A DNA stretch of 64,000 nucleotides from Trichodelitschia bisporula (lineage: Eukaryota): the NCBI GenBank assembly GCA_010356995.1, contig ML996687.1, positions 1,675,803 to 1,739,802 on the forward strand. The letters are read 5' to 3'. This document shows, in pieces, positions 1 to 12,261 of this stretch. The first letter of the stretch is position 1; each line of letters begins with the position of its first letter. Under the pieces are notes generated by a model. That model saw nothing but the letters and a program-made list of their open reading frames with translations, made no database searches and was not told where the DNA came from. The position numbers and the translations under genes were made by a program.

Positions 1-3000
1 GTGCAGGAGCTCGCCCTTTTGGACGAGGGAATGGGATGAAGAATAGTGTTCGCGACTCGCGTCCGTTCCGATGCTTCGAGGAGTCGCAGGTGGAGGAAAG
101 CTGCAGTTTGACAAGTCAGGCCCTCAGATCAGGTACTAGTAGCCTCAAAGGTTGCAGCACGTATTGCAGGCTTTTCCGACAGCAAGAAGCAAAATTTGAA
201 GGCGGCGGAACGCGTGTTCTGCGAGAGGGTTTTTGGCGACCTTTTCGCAGCTTTTGTGACGTTGTTCTTTGATCAGCCTTCTTCAACCTTCAGTTTCCAA
301 TGCTTTCTGATTTCTGATTTCTGATTTCGATTTCGATTAGGTGGAAGCCGAAAACCCGAGCATGTAGCACCAATGGCAAGTTGAGGCATTGACTGGACAG
401 AGACCGGCAATGAGGGCTCGAAGGGGGTCGTAGAATATGGGGAGAGGCGTGGAGGGGAGGAAAGTGGGGGGTTGGAGGGGCACAAAATCGCCACGACTAA
501 AGTATACGGCCCGTATTCAAAGCTGCATGGGCGAGACCGACATATGGATGATATCAGGGACTCGCGAGGTTTTCGAATGAAGACGGCCCGACGAAGGACG
601 AAGCGGCTCGTAATGAGGGGGGGGGCATGCATGTGTAGCAGGCAATTCTGACGCAACGAAATGGCGCCGGAAGCAGACGAATGGTTCCAAAGGAGCTTGT
701 TTCTCCCCAGTTGACAAAGACAGACAAATGCTTAAGCTTGAGAACACCCCGCCAGAAGTTAGAGAGGTGCGCGGATGAAGTTGACCAAGCTGCCCTCGAG
801 GCAGTGGGCGTCCAAGGTATCCGAGGTGTGTGGGATGGGGGTTTTGGATACGTTAAGCCGGGACTGCTGGCCGGGACCGCTGGCTCGTGCATTGGGCCTC
901 GTTGCCCTCTTCCGGGAGATTGGGCAGTTACTTCACAGGAATGTGTTTGGATAGGATTGTCATGATGGCAATCCCAAAACACCACGGGACCCGAGAGAAG
1001 GAGATGGGGAGCAAGGCAGCAACTGCCGGGGAGGCGGAACCGAGGGCGAAGTCACAACTTCGGAATTTTGCCTGTCCCGTCCGCTCAGTGTTCCCACTTC
1101 AACCTCTTTCCCCCTCGTTATCCCGCACAAAGTTTACCAATACGCAAAGAAAAAGACGCCTTATTTCTAGATCAGGAAGGCGGCTCGTTGCACAGATCTG
1201 GTGAGAACCTGTGGATCGAACTTCAGTCTGGCCCTCACCCCGGATTCCTTCATGGACCTCCTCCACCACCATCTGTCTGTCTGCCAATAACGGAGCCTCC
1301 TCCTAAAGAGCCTGCCCAACCGTGCCAACCTACCAGGATGTCCCGCGATTTCGTGGGGCCAAAGAGGGCATCACCATGTGGTATACCTCCGGATGGTTTA
1401 ATAACTCCAGAACCTCCCTACCTAGGAAAGGCCTTTTGATGAGATTCGGAGAGGTGTGGTAGGAAAACGGCCCAACGTGCTACCCTTGTCACCCCGCTCT
1501 CTCTACAAGGAAACGACCTCACACTAACCGAGCCCGGCCCTTCTTCGTCATCCTATCGCCTAACCTACCTACATGTTGAACGCTCGCCATCTACCGTACC
1601 TACTGTTGGTTCCTTGCCACATCCTCTCACATGCATTCAACATGCTTCGCATCGCCACACACAAAATGCAACTGGCACGTCGAGCTACCGGTACATAAGA
1701 CTGGTCCCTCGCTCGTGGCAAGTGCGGATCACAGGACCCTGGGATGGTGATCGCTCTCCACGAGTACCATCCCATAATCCGGCGGTTTACCATGGGAAAT
1801 TGATGCGGCATGCAATTTCCCGTGCAAGATTCCGCAGAGTGCCGTCCCAGACCCTCATGCACCGACTGGCGCGAGCACAAGGCAGTCCATCAAAATCCAG
1901 TTCCGAGCTTTGAGATTTCGTATCCTGGATCTTGCCAAGGCGAGCCTGTTTCTGCCAGGAGCGTCCTCCATTGGCGACATGAGTCTCCTTAGAAGGAAAT
2001 CAAAAAGGTGACTGGGGTCCAAAAGCACTAGGTTAGCCGAGAAAGCCATGCAAAGGCCAGAAAAATATTTGCCTATAAGGCGTTGAGTGTCTGCAGTCGA
2101 CTCTTGGTTAAAGCTATGGGCGGACTCAAAAGCCCTCGGGAGCATGCTAAGGCTGGTGAAGAACGGCATCCCCAACCGCCAATGAAAGACCAAGTTAGCC
2201 CCTGCTCTTACGCCGTGAATACGTCCGGCGATCGAACATGCAGACGCCAGGCGACACTGGGCGTTGCCAGGGGGTGGATGCGGATCCCGTGTGGCGTGGT
2301 AGTGATCTGGAGAAATCCCACCTCACCGCGATTGCATTGCGATACCACCCCCTGCACAAGCCGTCCCAGCCGCTGCCTTGCAGCGATTGCGCACTGGAGT
2401 GGCCTGATTCTGAAGATCGTCGAATTTTGCGTCTTCCGCACACGGCTTTGTTCTCGTTCATCGGCTTCTTCTAGGTACTTACAACACCCCACTTACGGTA
2501 CAGTCGTGCGTGACGGCGTAGAAGTGTCAGCATATTACCTTACCGCACAAGGATTCCCCATCCTTTCTCGCACGGGGCAGCTCTTCGGAATAGTCACGAA
2601 AGTGGGATTGGATTCCTTACTTCCTGTGGAATTGTCGCCTTTTTGATCCTCCCCATCACTTTAATCGCTGCCATTCAGGACAACTCCGTGCATGTTGGGC
2701 AATACGACCGCCGACTCGGAGCAAGACGCAATCACGGCCATGTCGCACAGAGCTGATACATGGATGAAATTGAACAAGCGAACGCCTCGCTGGAAGCCAA
2801 TGCCTCCTCAAGGCAATACCACAGCCAACCAGCTAAAACGGTGCTTCTTCGTCCACTGGCCCACATCAGACAGTCTTGCGAAACCCCTCCCACTTCGGCG
2901 AGCAGCGATCGCAACACTAAACATCTTGCTCCCGTCTCTCAAGCTGGACCAAATCTTTGGCCACTGCCTTTAGCCACTGCTGTGACGGTGAACAATTACT

Positions 3001-3983
3001 GTGGTGAATATCGGTTTACAGATGACGCCGAATAAAGCCGCCACAAGTAGGTCCAGGAATACCTGCATCAAATGTCCCAGAGTAAGGCGCCTACCGGGGC
3101 CTCTAAGATACCACCACCGGCCCTTCCCCTCCAGGCACAAGCTATAAGCACTGGTGTCAATAGTGGTAATGACGGAGGGAATATAGCGCGACTCACCATA
3201 CAGATGTTGTTCCCGTTTAGTAAGATTTTTGGCAGCTTCGTCGACGTGCCCGAAAAGTCGCTGCCCCCATCATTAGAGATCATCTCTTCGATGGCAGGAA
3301 CTCCTGACGAGTGGTGCTTACAATTCAGTTACGTCTTCTAGCACCATATCTGGCTATGTTAGTTGAGAGCACGTACTGTGGAAAGGACATTTACGTACTC
3401 ACGTAGTCGTCAAATCCGAGCAATGTTCCGCTGAATTCTAATGGTCAGTAATCGAATGCTCTGTAGACAGGAGCTCATACACTCTTACCCTTGTCGCCCT
3501 TCATGATAACCCAGATCTTGGAGCCCACGCACTTCTCAATCAGTTCTGGTTCCATGGGTTAGTTGGTATTCTGAAAGGGACACGCTCACCTACCAAGCGG
3601 GAGGAGTTGAGATGCCATGCTAGGCAACGGCTGTTGGCCACCTAGAGCGAGTTATGGGAAAGGAACACGGTCAAATATGGTTGGGTACTTGTGGACGGTT
3701 GTTCGTTGCAGTGTTGGATGCGGTGGGGTGGCTTGTAACGTCCTCGCCATGTGCAAATATCACGTGATCGATCTGGGACCAAATTCTGCCTAGCGCCACC
3801 GCTCCTCCACTCCACCAGGGCCAGACACAAAGTCCAGGGTCGAGGGACCTATCATGGCGTAAAAACGTCAAAAGTCAATCACCGCGGCTGCCTGGATATC
3901 ATCTCTCCTGCTGCACCTGACTCACCGTCAAGTCCCCCGCGCCGCATACAATTATTGCACTCCTGCTGAAGAAATGGGGCGCC

Positions 3984-6900
3984 ATGCTCCTCGAGCGCTG
4001 GTCAGGAATCGCTCCGCGCAGTGTCTCCTCCGTTGTGAGATTCTCGACTCCCCGAGAAGGGTATCCAGACATGGCCCAATCTGCCTTCACCGGTGACCAT
4101 GCCAGCCTCATGCCGATGGTGTAAGTTCCCCAGTGCGTAGTTCAGTCCATGCCATACTAAGCCTTGTGCAGGTTAGATCTGCCAGTATCAGATGTCTCCA
4201 CCCCTCAACACCGTCTCTGGGATCCATCGAAGCCCATTGCATTTACATCGCCCGCCCACGACGGCCTTAAAGACAGGACTTGGCACCCGTCACAGCCTAT
4301 AGTCTTTGCGGGCCCTTCACCCAGCCATAATCGGACATGTCGGCGAAGTTTCCAAACATCAGCCGACCGACGGGCGCTCCCTCTCAAGCAGTTCAAAGCA
4401 GTGTCTGCTAGCGCCAGGACCCCGTCACTTCAGGGTCAGATGCAAAATATTCAAAAAGTTAAGGACATCAGACAGAGAATCCAAGAAGCCGAGGCTGCTA
4501 CAGCGTTGAAAGCTAAATTGAAAGCCGAGGCCGAATGGGAGGCAAAGGAAAGAAAAAGAAGGCTGGCAGTAGCGGCGAAGCTGAGGGAGAGAACAGACCA
4601 CGAGAAGATCGTGGACAGAATACAGGAAGAGATACAGACGCTCTTGGACAGGGCCCATGAGAGGCGGAATTGGACTTCACGCGAAATTGCCCATCTTGAC
4701 AACCTGGTTTCCGAGGTTGTTCAGGAATTTAAAGCGATCAAAGACGCTCGTTGGCTTGTATTGTCGCACACCTTTGACGACATCCGCCTCTCCCTCGCCC
4801 ATACTTCTAAGAGCATACAGCAAATAGAGTTGAGGCGACAGCAAGCAGAGTTGAGGCGTGAAAAAGAGGCGTGGGAAAAGCGTCAAAAAGCTGAGTGGGA
4901 AACGCGCCAGGAAGCTGCGTGGGAAAAGCTTCAGGAAGCTGCGTGGGAAACGCCCCAACTGATTGTCCTTCGGGAGCAGTATCAGTTGCAGCTCAACTAC
5001 CACCTCGCTTCGGAACGGCGAGAAGTGCCCGTCGATAGCGAACTGGACTATACTTGGGTAACCTCCAGCAGCGAACTTGTCAATACATCTGGATATGAAC
5101 AATTCCGAGACGCGACGAGATTGAGGAAAGACCCCGGGATCGAGAAGCATCTTGCATCCATTGCAAAGGGTCGCGCTACGCTTGGAACCAAATGGAGGCG
5201 TCACAAAGAACTAATTGACAAACATGCTACGCTTGCGAGGAACGTTTCGTACTTGCCGGACCCCTTGCCTCGCGACGCGCTCACTGCGATCTGCGATGGA
5301 CTAGCAGACATTTCGAACTCACTGGCCGCCTTGCAACAGCATGATGAGTACGAAGGCCGGTTTTGGATCTGGCATCGGGACAAATTCTTGAATGACATAG
5401 ATGACACCGAAGAGGAGCTACATCACTACCGCGAACTGGTAGTGTTAACCACATTTGCCGGTCCTGGCGTCAGAGCCTCAAAACTGTGGATGCGGGAAAA
5501 TACTGTGCCCTGGTTACTGGTTGCAACGCAATGGAAATCCTTGAAGCGAACCGCACAGGATCTGATTCAATGGACTCCGCCCGCCCCCAACCAACTCAGC
5601 GTCGGAACGAGGCCTCCGGCTTTCGAACAGCCAGACCTGTCTAAGTTGCGGACTTTAGGAGGCACGAAGTTCCTCCGAATTCTGAGGCGAATTGAGGACC
5701 TGTTACATCAATCGCTGCGAGATATGTCAGTTGTTGGGAAGCCCGACGGGATTCTCGAGAGGACCTTCTTGACCAAGATGCTAAGCGCCCCGTTGTGGAA
5801 GCAACAGCTCATAGCACTGCTATATCCCATGCGCAGGTTCGCCCGCCGCACAGGGAAAAACCTCAGAGTCATGTTTGATCTGGCCTCTGAGTTGACGAAC
5901 TCGCCCCGTCTCAATGACCGGCGTAAAACGGAATTTCAACGTATTGCGGACCAGGTTTCTGACCTGAACCGTTTGGTCCGAGATTTCCACGGGCATGACA
6001 CTGTAGGAATTCGGTCTCCAGATCGTATGTATGAAGAAATCATGTTCGCTGAACGGAGAGGAGCATTGGCTCATCGGTCTGCCGAATTGCGGGCGTTCTT
6101 CCTTGACTGGCTCCATTTATCTCCGGACAGTCACTTGGCGGAAACCGACGAAGGCAATACTTTGTCAGACGGCGGACAAAGCATAGCTTCAACAGATCGA
6201 CTTCCAAATATGGCGTCAACAGACATTAAAGAAACACCCATCCGATCAGGCAGCAACGTGAAGCAGGTAATACCTATTGTTGCTCAAGAGGCTGCTTCAA
6301 CAGAAAATGTCCAACTTGGCGCTTCAACGGGTGGTAATCAAGGCGTTGCCTCATTGGATATTGACCAACCGCTCACTTTTCACATTCCTGCGGATGAGTT
6401 AATGAAGACGATGTCTGCCTCTCCAGGGTCTACAGCCGCGTATTGGTCCCATGAGCTCTATCGCGGGCCGCGGGGCGAGAAAATATCCGTTTACTACGGT
6501 CGATCCTTGAAGACTTCGGAAAACGTCGCTCAGTTCTTCCTCGGCAAGCCTCTCCTTGGATTCGACATGGAGTGGAGGCCAAATGCCACCAAGTCGAGCG
6601 GGACCAAGGCGAACGTGTCCTTGATACAACTAGCCTGCGAAGATCGTATTGGCTTGTTCCATCTTGCGCTCCACAGAGGTGACAGCGTGGAAGACATTAT
6701 GCCGCCTACACTTCGGAAAATTCTTGAGTCACAAGATGTCGCCAAAGTTGGAGTGGCAATTCTAGCTGACTACACCCGCCTTCAAAAGCACCTCGGCATC
6801 CAACCATCGGGCCTCATCGAGCTCAGCCATCTTCACAATCTAGTGATGTATTCGGGTTCGCGCCCAGAAATGGTCACTCGGAAAATGGTCAGTCTGGCCA

Positions 6901-7250
6901 ATCAGGTGCAAAGCCATCTCCAGCTTCCCTTATACAAAGGAACCGTAAGGACGAGTGACTGGGGCAAGGAGCTTAACCACCAGCAAGTCGTTTATGCTGC
7001 CAATGACGTGTATGCTGGCTTCCGGCTTTACCACGTGCTTGAGAGCAAGCGTTTAGCCATGAATCCCGTCCCACCGCAGCCCGACTTTGCTGAACGCGGA
7101 CGCAAGGTCCGGGTTGCGGTGGCTGAGCCGACTAGCTCTAAAGCCGTCGACCAGGCCGTTGAAGGGATTGTTGAAGAGTCGGTCGACAGTGCGCTGGCGC
7201 AGCTCGAACTTGGAGTGGTTTCGACTCTAAATGATCAGCCATCAATTTGA
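3984..7250 (+). CDS. WRN/EXD2-like DEDDy 3'-5' exonuclease with a long coiled-coil N-terminal region
   Basis: 1028-aa ORF with C-terminal ExoI (LGFDMEW), ExoII (KVGVAILADYTRL) and ExoIII (YAANDVY) motifs. ATG 3984 joins in frame through intron 4121-4171 (GTAAGT..ACTAA..CAG). Confidence 0.85.
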
Positions 7251-7875
7251 ACGTAATTTGACCCCATCATCTGACGCGGTTGGTGATATCGCACATTCAA
7301 GAGCGATCATGGCCTCAGTTTCTCCGCTACGTACGTCATGGCCTCTTTATGTTAGAAGGGTTGAGATTGTTCCCTTGGCCTCTTAAGGCATGAGTCTCGC
7401 GCCTTGTGAACTTCAGAACAAACCATCTGGTGGAGCTTGCAAGTTGGCTTGCAGTCCGATACCAATGCATCTCTGATTGGCTACGAACTTCATGTTGCAG
7501 GTTCATTGTCCCGCTGTGCTAACCCCCCCTTCTTTCCAGATGACAATCGCGCTGAATATAGCGATCGCTACACCATCACGCAGAAAGGCACATCGAAGCC
7601 ACCTGTCGCTTGACAATATCTAAGCATTACTCTCTGTAAGGCGGTTGGTGGCAACAGTACTTTTTTCTCCCTAACTGTGTTCGTGTACAAGGCCATTATG
7701 CTGATATTCATTGTTTCCTATGCAATGAAGAAAGAAGCATCATTCGGGTAAACAATGCCCTTGTTCGAGAATCCTTCTATTCTCACTAACCACAGCCATC
7801 GTGAGCACATAAACTACCAGGGCTGTCGCTTTTCCCTGGGTTCTGCCATCCGCATGGAACTATCCGCCTTTCACA

Positions 7876-8700
7876 ATGGCTCCGCTCTCTACTTTTCTCC
7901 TCAATGACACGCTCTCGAAAATCGAGTACGACTGCTATCAATGTGATTCTCGGCAGCGTCTGGTATCGGAGAAGAACGCCTTTTACCGATGTACCAAATG
8001 CCGCGAGCCGCCTTCGTCCAAAGCAACATTCATCTCATTCAATGCCAAGGAGGTACATGAGCTGATACACAGACTGCCTGCTGATGTTCAACTCTGGCAC
8101 CACCACCTCTGGGTTTGCTGCAACTGCGGCAAGGCTGGGTATGTGTCCCCGGAGCCTGAATCCTCGATGCGCTGGTGGATGACAGCCAAGGCTTCGACTC
8201 CGTCACTTTGGTACGTCAATCTTACCAAGGAAGGGTGCATCGCTTGTGGCCACGCCTGTTGTAAAATGTGCCCCTGCTTCGAGGGGCCGAGACGGTACGC
8301 GCGGCACCGACCGAATCGCCTGGACCTCGCCGGGCTCAAATTTCCACAGTTGGCAGTTTCGATTCCGCAAGCCGAGTCCAGTCTCGAGGAGTCTCATGAA
8401 GTAGGCTTAGATACCCGTAGCCGCTTTAAAGCCGTCATGGCTCGCCTGGAACAAGCAAGGTCGGCTGGGAAACGTCATGTCCGGCCTGGTTTGAACTGGG
8501 CCGTTCCGACATTCGGGAAAGGACGTCAGAGCATGGACCCCGCATCCATGGCTTCCGAAAGTCTTTCCACTCCAGCATCAACGAAGGCTACATCAAGCGA
8601 AGACTCGTGTGGTAGCTCTGAGAAGTCTGTGGTTGTCTTCATGGATACCAACTACGAGGTCGTGAAATTGCCTGCAGTGCGCGCAGATGGTTTCTTTTAA
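7876..8700 (+). CDS. Cys-rich putative double zinc-ribbon protein, paralogue 1
   Basis: Intronless 274-aa ORF with CYQC..CTKC..WVCCNCG..CIACGHACCKMC followed by a low-complexity tail. Same motif order as 10768 and 14034. Confidence 0.75.
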   Translation: MAPLSTFLLNDTLSKIEYDCYQCDSRQRLVSEKNAFYRCTKCREPPSSKATFISFNAKEVHELIHRLPADVQLWHHHLWVCCNCGKAGYVSPEPESSMRWWMTAKASTPSLWYVNLTKEGCIACGHACCKMCPCFEGPRRYARHRPNRLDLAGLKFPQLAVSIPQAESSLEESHEVGLDTRSRFKAVMARLEQARSAGKRHVRPGLNWAVPTFGKGRQSMDPASMASESLSTPASTKATSSEDSCGSSEKSVVVFMDTNYEVVKLPAVRADGFF

Positions 8701-8992
8701 GCTGTACTTTCGGGATCAAAGAAGTCCAAATGGCGAGCAAAAGAAGTCAATTTTTATCAAGAAGAGTAAGTATCTACGTCTTTGCACTTTGCTGATGAAC
8801 TTGTGCTCTATGTTGCATCAATATCGGAAGCCTAACATAGTCGACTCCCCTGATACAAATATACTCCTTCCATGTGCACTCCGTCTGACTGATGGTCTGG
8901 CATCCAGCCATTCGTTGCACCTGAGCCGGCGTCGTCCTGCATCCTGAGTTAAGGTTATTCGGATCTGACTTTCGAAGACCGTATGCCTCCAC

Positions 8993-9241
8993 TTACTCCA
9001 CTTCCCGACTTTCTCTATCCATAGAGCTAGCGCATGAAGCTTGATCGGAGACCCTTCTCCATTCGGCCTCTCTCATCCCTACTGGCGCGGGGACAGCGAG
9101 CCCGTTCTCCGCGAGAATTTGCTTGAGTTCGGTGAATGGAACCTTGATGTCCTGGATTTGAGATTTCATTTCCTGCAAAGTGGCTTCTGCGCTGAGGATC
9201 TGTTGTTCTAGAGCTTCCATGAAGGCTTGAAAATTGGCCAT
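8993..9241 (-). CDS. Small hypothetical coiled-coil protein
   Basis: MANFQAFMEALEQQILSAEATLQEMKSQIQDIK... shows heptad-like amphipathic periodicity. No recognisable family. Confidence 0.3.
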   Translation of the reverse strand: MANFQAFMEALEQQILSAEATLQEMKSQIQDIKVPFTELKQILAENGLAVPAPVGMREAEWRRVSDQASCASSMDRESREVE

Positions 9242-10767
9242 GGAGAAATGTGCGCGAGAAAAGGCTCCTCCGGGCACCTGCACAGCTGCTCTGGGGACCG
9301 CTTGTACTACGGTTGGGATAATAAAGCGGCCACAATACTGGCGCCCGGTATGTCCACCGTCCATCACGGATAACTTGAGAGCGTTGCTTGCAAATTAGGC
9401 CAAGGTACAGGATCCGCCACTAGATCGAGAGGATGGCGGCAAAGAATATATGTATGACAGGTACGCGAATTCCGGAATGCCGTAGATTCGTGCAGCGGTC
9501 CTGACACAAAGAAAAATATCAGTCTTTAGCAGTCCAAGGAAGTCATCGGTTTACGTACTGATTGCACCACCCAAGGCACCTTGTCCGTGATGCGTCTGGC
9601 AACATCTGGCATGTCGAGCATTGCGGACAACAAAGAGTCCCCTTTCATTTTTCATTGATAAGACAGTTGTACTAGATCATGTGCTGAGATATTGAAATAG
9701 GCCTAATACCTCATTGTATAGTCCAGCGGGGTGCGCTGTGAATGTTGACAATGTCCCCGGAACTGTAGCCTCGGCTAGAGCCTCGCTTCAAGCCGACATC
9801 ATCTCCAAGGTGTAGACGGTTGTAGGAAGAATTTTTGCAAGTTTGAGGTAAATATAACGTCAAATCATTCCACCTGAAGTGTTTCTTGCTAATGCCCAAG
9901 TGGTAATGTGCCTACTTGCCATGTCTTAAGTTTTCGGTCAGAGGTTGCTTGATCCGGCAGTACGTATCACTATTTACGAATCACTCTCCAGCCTCTCCGT
10001 CCCCCAGCAGTAATAACGATCTGGTTATTGAGTTTTGCAGCTTTTTACTTCCAATGTTGCCCTGCGCCTCCGTATATCACATTTCGGGGTCCACAATTAG
10101 AAAGCCATTGGAGGCTGCAAGCTTGACAGCTGCAGCAAGCCTCCGTGCTCGTGGTGAGCCTGTTGATCAGGCAGGTTGGAACCCCTCGACAAGCCATCAG
10201 TCGCATCAATCCTTGACCAACCATACCACATCACAGTGTGCTCCGTCTGTGGAAGTGTTAAGTCGCCGGAGTTGAGGATGAGAGGGAGGGGCTTGGTGAT
10301 GATGGGCTCAGTGTCGCTTACCCCATGATGCGATGGCTTCAAGAACCGGCTTGCGGCACTTCGACACTTGTCTTCCATGGTATAATACTGCTGCTGCTGT
10401 GATTTAAGTATCTCTCAAAATCATACTCACAGATCATTGCAGAGTCTAGCGAGTTTCGGGGGCCAACGTTCACTGTTGTTTGTTGGCACATGTCCACATC
10501 ACATCTCTGGTGTTGTCTGCAGTGAATCACGTAGCTACACCGTAAGTTGATAACCAGTGCACTCTAATCACAACATTACTGACATCCAGCATATAAGTAC
10601 CGTCCCCCATCGCCTCAATAGTCCCCAAGCACATACCGCCGGATACGCACATCAGCAGCTGCATATCTAGGCACTGATACCAGCACAGCATTGAGTTCCC
10701 ACCAAAGCATTTTCACTCTTACCCCAAACTCACCACTTATCTGCTCACGGTACCCATTACCTTCAAG

Positions 10768-12261
10768 ATGGGATCTCGCGGAACTGTGCGAGAAATCTCC
10801 GACCAGCTTTGGTATCGATGCGACGGCTGTAAGTACGGCCAAACGGCGCAAACGGGAGGTAGCCTCGAGGCTTGTTTCCGGTGCAGGATGTGCCACACGA
10901 TCGCTTGCTCTGCCAGCGAGTGGGTCGCTGAGGGCCAGGCGCTTCGAGTCGACCCCAACTTCAAATGCACGATGCCGTCCAACCCAAAGAACTGGGACGA
11001 ATACATCCGCGTTTGCTGCGGATGTGGCGAGGCAAATGAGGCCATCCCAAAACACCATGCACCGCGGCACAATGAGCGCGGTCCCGGAGAGTTCAAGCTT
11101 GACCTGACAAAGATGACCTGCAGTGCCTGCAAGCATAAGAGCTGTGCCAAGTGCACCATTTTCATGCAACCCGCAGTCGAACCCTTGGAGTCCTCGGCAT
11201 TTGGAACTGCTAAGGCTGGCATGAAGCGCACCCTTCTCGAGCCGTCCCCCACGTGGGCTAGTGGCCGGAAGAAGCCTGAGCTATGCGTTTGGACAAAGGT
11301 TACGCGCGCACTTTCGGCCATTAAGTCAGCAGTGACGCCGGATTCCGCACGCTCGGCCAGCGCAAGCTTCAAGGGCATTTTCAGTGCGGGCTCCCGGGGC
11401 GAGCGCAGTGCGGGCCACCGAGTCGGGCGCAGTGCAGGCCACCGGGAGATGCACAGTGCGGGCTACCAAGGCAAGAGCAGTGCGGGCACCAGAAGCGGTC
11501 CGACGAGGCCGAAGACGGCCCCCAAGCGACCCGAAACCGCAGAGGTCCCCCGGGCTGTAAGATTCCGTCCAGAAACGGATATCATCCCCCCACATAACTG
11601 GGTGCCAGAGCCTTCAGTCCGCCCCGAATCCGCGCCGGAAGATATCCAGAGTAGGTATGACTCGGTCAATAGGAGGAAGCCTACTACCCACGCCTACCCT
11701 CGGGATCACGATGCAGAGATCGAGCGCGAGCGCGGCACTGGTGAGTGGGGAATACCTGAGGTACCAAATCGGGATGAACCTGTACCCGAGGTTCCGCTCC
11801 TTATGCCCAAACCTCGCCGAGACCATCAACGGGAGTTGATGAATCTGGAAGGTCTTTCGCGGGGTGGTGCAATCACACCTACCCCACCGAAGGGTGATAA
11901 CCCGCTTCCGCCCCAGCCATCGGCTCTCACCCCGGGAGGGACTTCGGTTGGATATCGCGACTCTTGTCCAGTACGTCCACGAGGTGAGTCTCCAGCTGCA
12001 GGCCCATCTAGCTCTAGAGACCAGATATCCGCAGGACCCGATTCGGAATGGAGTAGTGATTGGAGTACGACAGCTATTGATCGCTACCTCAACACATCGC
12101 CACCCAGAGTTCCTGATACTGCTCCGGTTCTGGATCCCATCAGAGTTTCTAGCCCAGTGATGGGAAGCACCTTACCGCCTTGGCTGGAGCGGACGGTTCC
12201 GCCCGGTGAGAAGACCCCTGAGACTGACTCGAGCGCGACTGGCTATCCCAGCTGGATCTAG
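10768..12261 (+). CDS. Cys-rich putative double zinc-ribbon protein, paralogue 2
   Basis: 497-aa ORF with CDGC..CRMC..RVCCGCG..CSACKHKSCAKC and a long Pro/Ser/Arg-rich disordered tail. Confidence 0.8.
   Translation: MGSRGTVREISDQLWYRCDGCKYGQTAQTGGSLEACFRCRMCHTIACSASEWVAEGQALRVDPNFKCTMPSNPKNWDEYIRVCCGCGEANEAIPKHHAPRHNERGPGEFKLDLTKMTCSACKHKSCAKCTIFMQPAVEPLESSAFGTAKAGMKRTLLEPSPTWASGRKKPELCVWTKVTRALSAIKSAVTPDSARSASASFKGIFSAGSRGERSAGHRVGRSAGHREMHSAGYQGKSSAGTRSGPTRPKTAPKRPETAEVPRAVRFRPETDIIPPHNWVPEPSVRPESAPEDIQSRYDSVNRRKPTTHAYPRDHDAEIERERGTGEWGIPEVPNRDEPVPEVPLLMPKPRRDHQRELMNLEGLSRGGAITPTPPKGDNPLPPQPSALTPGGTSVGYRDSCPVRPRGESPAAGPSSSRDQISAGPDSEWSSDWSTTAIDRYLNTSPPRVPDTAPVLDPIRVSSPVMGSTLPPWLERTVPPGEKTPETDSSATGYPSWI

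Noticed and set aside
36..3900. Numerous 60-190 aa ORFs and a (TTTCTGA)n short repeat at ~304-338
   Set aside because: No recognisable domains, overlapping frames and no convincing splice model.
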